Source: a bacterium
GTDB taxonomy: Bacteria > JACRDZ01 > JAQUKH01
Assembly: GCA_043809805.1 (NCBI GenBank)
Contig: JBDROR010000247.1
Coordinates: forward strand, 1-39,523
Direction: 5' to 3'
Length of the DNA stretch: 39,523 bases
In this document: in pieces, positions 33,890-39,523 of the stretch
Position numbering within the stretch: position 1 is the stretch's first letter
How the letters are laid out: every line of letters starts with the position of its first letter
The notes under the pieces: generated by a model
What the model was told of the DNA's origin: nothing
Seen by the model: only the letters and a program-made list of their open reading frames with translations
Database searches by the model: none
Program-made: the position numbers and the translations under genes

Positions 33890-34684
33890 ATGTCCAGAAT
33901 AATTGCTGTGGTAAATCAAAAAGGCGGAGTAGGAAAGACTACCACTGCCATTAATTTAGCCGCGTGCTTAGGCAGGGCGGGAAAAAATGTTTTGCTTATC
34001 GATATGGACCCGCAGGGAAATGCCACAAGCGGGCTTGGAATAAATAAAAATACGGTTAAAAAAAGCATTTATGATGTTTTAATTAATGGTGTCAACATAG
34101 AAGATACAATTATCCTTACAGAAAGCCACGGTGTAGTTATAATCCCTTCTAATGTTCACCTGACCGGCGCGGAAGTTGAGTTAGTGGATGTCTTGGGAAG
34201 AGAGTCAAAGCTAAAGACTTCGTTAGCGGGGATAAAAAACAATTATGATTATATTGTGATTGATTGTCCTCCTTCTCTTGGGCTTTTAACCGTGAACAGC
34301 CTTAATTCGGCGGATGGTGTAATAATTCCGGTTCAGTGCGAGTATTATGCGCTTGAAGGATTAAGCCAGTTGTTAGCCACAATCAAACTAGTTAAAGAAC
34401 GGTTAAATCTGCAATTGGAAATTGACGGCGCGCTTTTAACAATGCATGATGAAAGGACGAATTTATCAAAGCAGGTGGTTCAGGAAATCCAGAAATATTT
34501 CACTGATAAAGTTTATAAAACAATTATCCCCAGAAACGTCAGGCTAAGCGAATCTCCAAGTTATGGCAAGCCAATAATATATTATGATATAAAATGTCTT
34601 GGCGCGCAGACATATTTGCAATTTTGTGATGAAGTGATGGAAAGAAGAGTCACAAGTGAGGAAAGGTCACACGTCACAAGTTAA
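33890..34684 (+). CDS. parA: Chromosome partitioning ATPase ParA (Soj)
   Basis: Deviant Walker A NQKGGVGKTTT, followed by DMDPQGNAT and IDCPPSLG. Confidence 0.9.
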   Translation: MSRIIAVVNQKGGVGKTTTAINLAACLGRAGKNVLLIDMDPQGNATSGLGINKNTVKKSIYDVLINGVNIEDTIILTESHGVVIIPSNVHLTGAEVELVDVLGRESKLKTSLAGIKNNYDYIVIDCPPSLGLLTVNSLNSADGVIIPVQCEYYALEGLSQLLATIKLVKERLNLQLEIDGALLTMHDERTNLSKQVVQEIQKYFTDKVYKTIIPRNVRLSESPSYGKPIIYYDIKCLGAQTYLQFCDEVMERRVTSEERSHVTS

Positions 34685-34714
34685 GAATAATACTTGTGAC
34701 CTTATTAGGAGGGA

Positions 34715-35665
34715 ATGAAAATGCTTAAAAAAAGCGGGTTGGGACGTGGTTTAGATTCTCTTATTCCTCAAGTAAAGGTCGAAACAGAACCTATGCCTGG
34801 AAGCGGTATTGATAAATTAGAATCCCAGTTAGTTCATTTGGCGATAAGTGAAGGACATGTAATAAAAATTCCATTGAATTCTATCGTTGCCAACCAGTTT
34901 CAGCCAAGAGAGGATTTTGATCAGGAAAAACTGAATGAGTTGGTAGAATCGATTAAAGAAAAGGGCATAATTCAGCCTGTATTAGTTAGAAAAAAGGGCG
35001 AGGCCAACAGTGAAGCCTATGAATTAATTGCGGGAGAACGCAGGTTCCGCGCGGCAAAAAAAGCAGGCTTGACGGAGATCCCGGCTATTGTGCGGGATGC
35101 GAATAATGAGGAATCACTGGAGCTTGCCCTGATTGAAAATATTCAGCGATCCAATTTAAATCCAATGGAAGAGGCAAAAGCGTACCGGAAGTTGATGGAA
35201 AGTTTCGGTTTGAATCAAGATGAATTGTCAAAAAAGGTTGGGAAAGAAAGATCTACCGTAGCAAATACGCTCAGACTCTTGAAATTACCGGAAGAAATTC
35301 AAAAGGCGATTACGGAAGAAAAAATTACTTATGGCCATGGGAGGGCATTATTAGGCCTTACGACAGAAGTTGAACAATTAATGGTGTACGGCAAAATTAT
35401 TCTAAAAAATCTTTCTGTCAGGGACACTGAGCAGATAGTTCAAAAAGCCAATCGGCAGGGAGGAATTAGATTAAAACCCATAGTGGAAAAATCTAAGGAT
35501 CCATTTTTATTTCAATATGAAGAATCGCTAAAAAGATTTTTTGGCACACAGGTCAAGATAAATACAAGGGGGAAGGGCGGGCATATTGAGATTGAATATT
35601 ATTCAAAAGACGACCTTGTACGGATAATTGAATGTTTTCCCGGCAGTACTACTAATGTTTCCTGA
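34715..35665 (+). CDS. parB: Chromosome partitioning protein ParB (Spo0J)
   Basis: GLGRGLDSLI, the ParB box IAGERRFRAAKKAG, and the HTH QDELSKKVGKERSTVANTLRLLKLP. The start could be ATG 34715 or 34721. Confidence 0.9.
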   Translation: MKMLKKSGLGRGLDSLIPQVKVETEPMPGSGIDKLESQLVHLAISEGHVIKIPLNSIVANQFQPREDFDQEKLNELVESIKEKGIIQPVLVRKKGEANSEAYELIAGERRFRAAKKAGLTEIPAIVRDANNEESLELALIENIQRSNLNPMEEAKAYRKLMESFGLNQDELSKKVGKERSTVANTLRLLKLPEEIQKAITEEKITYGHGRALLGLTTEVEQLMVYGKIILKNLSVRDTEQIVQKANRQGGIRLKPIVEKSKDPFLFQYEESLKRFFGTQVKINTRGKGGHIEIEYYSKDDLVRIIECFPGSTTNVS

Positions 35666-36272
35666 CAATATCCTTGATTTTCATCAACCGGATCTGGTTG
35701 GAGAGTTCTAACTCGGCGAGGCGCATTACGATATATTTGATTGTCTGTTTTAATTCAGGGATTAAGATATATTCAAGGGCGTTTACACGTCTTCGTGTTT
35801 GTTCAATCTCAGACGCCAATAGCTCCGCTCTTTTCTCAATCTCAGATAAACGGAGCAGTTTTGGGAAGATGTTCTTGTATCCGTCCAATGCCAAGTCTAA
35901 CTGCTGGGATGTCCAAAGAAATCCATAAGAATAGATGTCTCCCTCAATATTAAAATCCAGTTTGGGTGTTTGGATGTTAAATACCTGTTCATGGCCGGTT
36001 GAAAGGTTAAGGGATACCTGCGGAACCATAATTGCCTCTTCTAGAAACTCTCTGGACATTACACCCTGCGCCCATAAAAATTGTTTATGCACTTTCTGAA
36101 GCTCATTTTCAACTTCGTGGCGATATGATTTTATTTCATCAAGAAGCTCCAGAAATTTTCGCATCAGTTCGTCCTGCTTATCCTTCAAGAGCTTGTGCCC
36201 GCGGAGCGCAATTACATAGCGCTTTTTCATTTTCATCAAATTCATTCTGGTTAAACTGACATCAGCTAACAT
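35652..36272 (-). CDS. ntpD: V-type ATP synthase subunit D
   Basis: 206 aa. The N-terminus LTRMNLMKMKKRYVIALRGHKLLKDKQDELMRKF is typical of V/A-type D. It follows the B and A subunit genes. Confidence 0.85.
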   Translation of the reverse strand: MLADVSLTRMNLMKMKKRYVIALRGHKLLKDKQDELMRKFLELLDEIKSYRHEVENELQKVHKQFLWAQGVMSREFLEEAIMVPQVSLNLSTGHEQVFNIQTPKLDFNIEGDIYSYGFLWTSQQLDLALDGYKNIFPKLLRLSEIEKRAELLASEIEQTRRRVNALEYILIPELKQTIKYIVMRLAELELSNQIRLMKIKDIVRKH

Positions 36273-36299
36273 TTATTTCCCCTTAACATACCCTCACAA

Positions 36300-36327
36300 C
36301 TGGATTCCCGCCTTCGCGGGAATGACG
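36300..36327. repeat. Family C hairpin
   Basis: ctggattcccgccttcgcgggaatgacg differs by one base from 4461-4488. Confidence 0.85.
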
Positions 36328-36346
36328 GGACTCTTCACTGGTGACC

Positions 36347-37717
36347 TCATTTATCCATATATTTTTTAATCTGGTCATCTTTAACCCGTTTCAGTTCACC
36401 TCGTGGAAGGATTTTTAAAAGTTCCCATCCGATATTTAAACTTTCTTCAATGGTGCGATTTTTATACTCGCCTTGCGTTAAAAACTTATTTTCAAACTCA
36501 TCAGCAAATTTTGAAAAAAGTTTATCCGTATCCGACAACGCAGCCTCACCAAGAATAACCGCCAATTCCTTTGCCTCTTTCCCCCTTGCATAACCGGCAA
36601 AAAGCTGATTAGTCACATCTGCATGATCTTCCCTTGTTCTTCCTCGTCCTATTCCCTTTTGTTTTAACCGCGAAAGCGACGGCAGGACATCAATCGGCGG
36701 ATAGATATTTTTCTGATGGAGCGACCGCGAGAGAATTATTTGTCCTTCAGTGATATATCCAGTCAAATCAGGAATAGGATGTGTCTTGTCATCTTCAGGC
36801 ATTGTGAGAATCGGGATCTGCGTGATGGAACCTTTTTGTCCCTGGATGCGTCCCGCCCGTTCATATATTGACGCAAGGTCTGTGTACAAATATCCCGGAT
36901 AACCTCTTCTGCCCGGCACCTCTTTTCTTGCGGCAGAAACCTCGCGGAGCGCTTCGCAATAGTTTGTCATATCGGTAAGAATAACCAAAACATGCTTGTC
37001 TTTTTCAAATGCAAGATATTCTGCTGTGCTTAAAACAACACGCGGCGTGGCAATTCGTTCAATCGGCGGGTCGCTCGCCAAATTGATAAAAAGGACTGCG
37101 CGGTCAATAGCGCCTGTCTTTTTAAAATCTTCAATAAAAAAGTTTGCCTCTTCAAATGTAATACCCATTGCCCCGAATACTACAGCAAATTCCTCTTCCT
37201 TTCCTAAAACCTTTGCCTGCCTTGCAATTTGTGCCGCAATGTTTGCGTGTGGGAGCCCTGACCCGGAAAATATAGGAAGTTTCTGTCCCCGAACCAGTGT
37301 ATTCATTCCGTCAATCGAAGAAATTCCTGTCTGGATAAATTCTTTAGGGAAATCTCTCGCGTAAGGATTTATCGGGCTTCCGTTAATATCCACTTTTTTC
37401 TCAGGCAATATTCTTGGGCCGTTATCAATTGGTGCACCAAGCCCGTTAAATACTCGGCTGAGCATATCCAAAGACACTCCAATCTCTATGCTTTTACCGC
37501 TAAATCTGACACGGCTTCCTGTAAGATTGATACCCGAACTTCCTTCAAAAATCTGGATAAGAGCCTTATCGCCTGAAACTTCCAATACCTGACCGCGCCT
37601 TATCTCTTTATTTTCCAGCTCAATCTCTACAAGCTCTCCATATTTGACCTCTTCAATATGTTCCGCTAATAAAAGCGGCCCGCTGACAGCAGTGATGGAA
37701 AGGTATTCTTTAAACAT
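36347..37717 (-). CDS. ntpB: V-type ATP synthase subunit B
   Basis: The track start at 37735 uses an ATG created by the hairpin repeat. ATG 37717 ([17 protein letters not shown]) matches the usual B-subunit N-terminus and has AGGGGTGA upstream. Confidence 0.9.
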   Translation of the reverse strand: MFKEYLSITAVSGPLLLAEHIEEVKYGELVEIELENKEIRRGQVLEVSGDKALIQIFEGSSGINLTGSRVRFSGKSIEIGVSLDMLSRVFNGLGAPIDNGPRILPEKKVDINGSPINPYARDFPKEFIQTGISSIDGMNTLVRGQKLPIFSGSGLPHANIAAQIARQAKVLGKEEEFAVVFGAMGITFEEANFFIEDFKKTGAIDRAVLFINLASDPPIERIATPRVVLSTAEYLAFEKDKHVLVILTDMTNYCEALREVSAARKEVPGRRGYPGYLYTDLASIYERAGRIQGQKGSITQIPILTMPEDDKTHPIPDLTGYITEGQIILSRSLHQKNIYPPIDVLPSLSRLKQKGIGRGRTREDHADVTNQLFAGYARGKEAKELAVILGEAALSDTDKLFSKFADEFENKFLTQGEYKNRTIEESLNIGWELLKILPRGELKRVKDDQIKKYMDK

Positions 37718-37730
37718 GTTCACCCCTTGT

Positions 37731-37754
37731 GTCATTCCCGCACAGGCGGGAATC
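37731..37754. repeat. Family C hairpin between the A and B subunit genes
   Basis: gtcattcccgcacaggcgggaatc reaches the stop codon of the A subunit gene. Confidence 0.8.
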
Positions 37755-39508
37755 TAGTTTTCTTTATCGCTCTTGTTACGGATAGAAAATAACTTCTCAA
37801 AAGCCTGATTTATCTCATTTTCCAAATTCCCAAAAGCCTCTAATTGTTCCTCAGGAATAAATTTTGATTTGGCAATTTCTTCCCGAATAGGCAGTTTGAA
37901 AATTTCTTTAGCGTGAATTTTTTTATCTAAACAAATCATGGACTTTTCATGAAATAAAAGTATGAGTTTCAGCATATTGTATTGTTTTTTTAATGAAGTA
38001 TAAGTATCCTGTTCATCAAAAGCATTCTGGTGAAGGAAATCCTCCCTGATTGATTTTGCGGTTTCCATTATAAGTTTATCATGATCGGACATGGCGTCAA
38101 CACCGACCAGCCGAACAATTTCTTCTAATTCCGCTTCTTCCTGAAGAATACGCATGGATTGATCCCGCAATCCGGAAATTTCCGGAGCAACGGGATATAA
38201 GGAATAACTCCTGAGCCAATTTATTGCAGGGAAATGCCTGCGATACGCGAGTTTATCCTCCAACCCCCAAAATACCTTTACGATACGAAGTGTAGCCTGA
38301 ACTACCGGATCAGAAAGATCTCCACCGGGAGGCGATACTGCCCCGATAATTGAAATGCTTCCTATGCGTTTGTCCTTGCTCGCAAGACATACAACCTGAC
38401 CTGCGCGTTCATAAAATCCAGCAATTCTGGATGCAAGATAGGCCGGATACCCTTCTTCACCCGGCATCTCTTCCAGCCGTCCGGAAATTTCACGCAATGC
38501 TTCGGCCCATCGGGATGTAGAGTCAGCCATGACTGCCACATTATAACCCATATCCCTGTAATACTCTGCTATAGTGACACCGGTGTATATTGACGCCTCG
38601 CGCGCCGCTACGGGCATATTTGATGTGTTTGCGACCAAAACAGTTCTTTTCATCAAAGGCTCGCCGCTTTTTGGATCCTTTAATTCCGGGAATTCCAGCA
38701 AAACATCCGTCATCTCGTTTCCACGCTCACCACATCCAATGTAGATAACGATATCCGCGTCCGCCCATTTCGCAAGCTGCTGCTGGACTACGGTTTTCCC
38801 GCTCCCGAAGGGGCCGGGGATACAGGCTGTCCCGCCTTTGGTCACAGGGAAAAATGTGTCAATTACCCTTTGGCCTGAAGACAACAATTCTTTTGGCGCC
38901 ATTTTTTTTGCGTAAGGGCGCATTTTTCTCATAGGCCATTTGTGAAGCATTGTTATTTCTTTTATACCTTCGGAGGTTTTTATTTTGGCTATCGGTTCAG
39001 TAATTGTGTAATCGCCTTTTCCCGCCATCCAAATTAATTCTCCTTCAATATCATTCGGGACTAAAATATAATGCTTGATAAGGACTGTTTCCTGAACAAC
39101 ACCTAGTTTATCGCCCGCAAAAACGGCTTCGTCGTTCTTTGCAAGAGGTTCAAATGTCCATTTTTTATCGCGGTTTAATGCCGGAACGGAAATCCCGCGT
39201 GTTATATAATTTCCGGCCTTTTCCTTGATTACATCAAGCGGCCTTTGAATCCCGTCAAATATTGATTCCAAAAGGCCCGGCCCTAATTCGATGGAAAGCG
39301 GAAATCCCGTATCTTCGACAGGTTCTCCTCGTCCTATGCCTATGGTTTCTTCATAAACCTGAATGGATACCTTGTCCTGTTTTAATTCTATAACTTCTCC
39401 AACCAACCCATATTTACTTACCTTGACCACATTATACATACTAACACCGGTCATATTATCAGCAACTACAAGCGGCCCCGCGACTTTTGTTATTTGACCT
39501 TTTATCAT
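37754..39508 (-). CDS. ntpA: V-type ATP synthase catalytic subunit A
   Basis: 584 aa with Walker A GPFGSGKTV, N-terminus MIKGQITKVAGPLVVA, and the non-homologous insert typical of A subunits. Confidence 0.9.
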   Translation of the reverse strand: MIKGQITKVAGPLVVADNMTGVSMYNVVKVSKYGLVGEVIELKQDKVSIQVYEETIGIGRGEPVEDTGFPLSIELGPGLLESIFDGIQRPLDVIKEKAGNYITRGISVPALNRDKKWTFEPLAKNDEAVFAGDKLGVVQETVLIKHYILVPNDIEGELIWMAGKGDYTITEPIAKIKTSEGIKEITMLHKWPMRKMRPYAKKMAPKELLSSGQRVIDTFFPVTKGGTACIPGPFGSGKTVVQQQLAKWADADIVIYIGCGERGNEMTDVLLEFPELKDPKSGEPLMKRTVLVANTSNMPVAAREASIYTGVTIAEYYRDMGYNVAVMADSTSRWAEALREISGRLEEMPGEEGYPAYLASRIAGFYERAGQVVCLASKDKRIGSISIIGAVSPPGGDLSDPVVQATLRIVKVFWGLEDKLAYRRHFPAINWLRSYSLYPVAPEISGLRDQSMRILQEEAELEEIVRLVGVDAMSDHDKLIMETAKSIREDFLHQNAFDEQDTYTSLKKQYNMLKLILLFHEKSMICLDKKIHAKEIFKLPIREEIAKSKFIPEEQLEAFGNLENEINQAFEKLFSIRNKSDKEN

Positions 39509-39523
39509 AATGCTCCCCTAATG

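Noticed and set aside
3530-35735. Reading the two ntpD 3'-end copies as attL/attR of a 32-kb integrated element
   Set aside because: The interval contains core genes (hisC, acs, mnmG, rsmG, rarA, parAB) and no integrase. The copies are only about 86 percent identical, which does not fit a recent site-specific integration.

Overview
Low-GC bacterial chromosomal window; taxonomy cannot be assigned from sequence alone. It reads as six blocks. (1) 1-3800: a toxin/defence islet. It holds a hipBA-like module with palindromic operators, an XRE gene fragment, and an AbiL-like AAA-ATPase + RloB pair coupled to an unknown third gene. It is bounded by a relic 3' end of a V-ATPase D gene and a MITE-like element with a target-site duplication. 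(2) 3835-6172: a HAMP-only membrane protein, a small tetrahaem cytochrome and hisC. (3) 6200-9950: an AT-rich accessory islet with a DUF4062 (TIR/deoxyribosyltransferase-like) protein, an unknown partner, a DUF4160/DUF2442 pair and a BrnT/BrnA-like pair. (4) 9986-14150: acs, then on the minus strand a DUF2914 protein, cutA, a PflX-like radical-SAM gene and tRNA-Cys. (5) 14190-24723: a minus-strand multihaem cytochrome cluster. It encodes proteins with 34, 15, 6(+2 variant) and 3 CXXCH motifs, an FdnI-like cytochrome b, an NHL beta-propeller and a tiny membrane protein. This looks like a respiratory or extracellular electron-transfer conduit, and I see no porin gene. (6) 25023-39508: an origin-proximal style block, mnmG (two parS sites at its stop), brnTA, a HEAT protein, rsmG, a DUF1016 nuclease, a membrane protein, rarA, AMMECR1, parA, parB, then convergent V-type ATPase D, B and A. 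Several families of GC-rich hairpin repeats and heptamer repeats fill the intergenic gaps. They also sit inside coding sequence and create artificial ORF extensions. The best candidates for undescribed biology are the three-gene AbiL-like unit, the DUF4062 gene pair, the cytochrome cluster with its modular 34-haem protein, and the in-frame palindromic repeat insertions.
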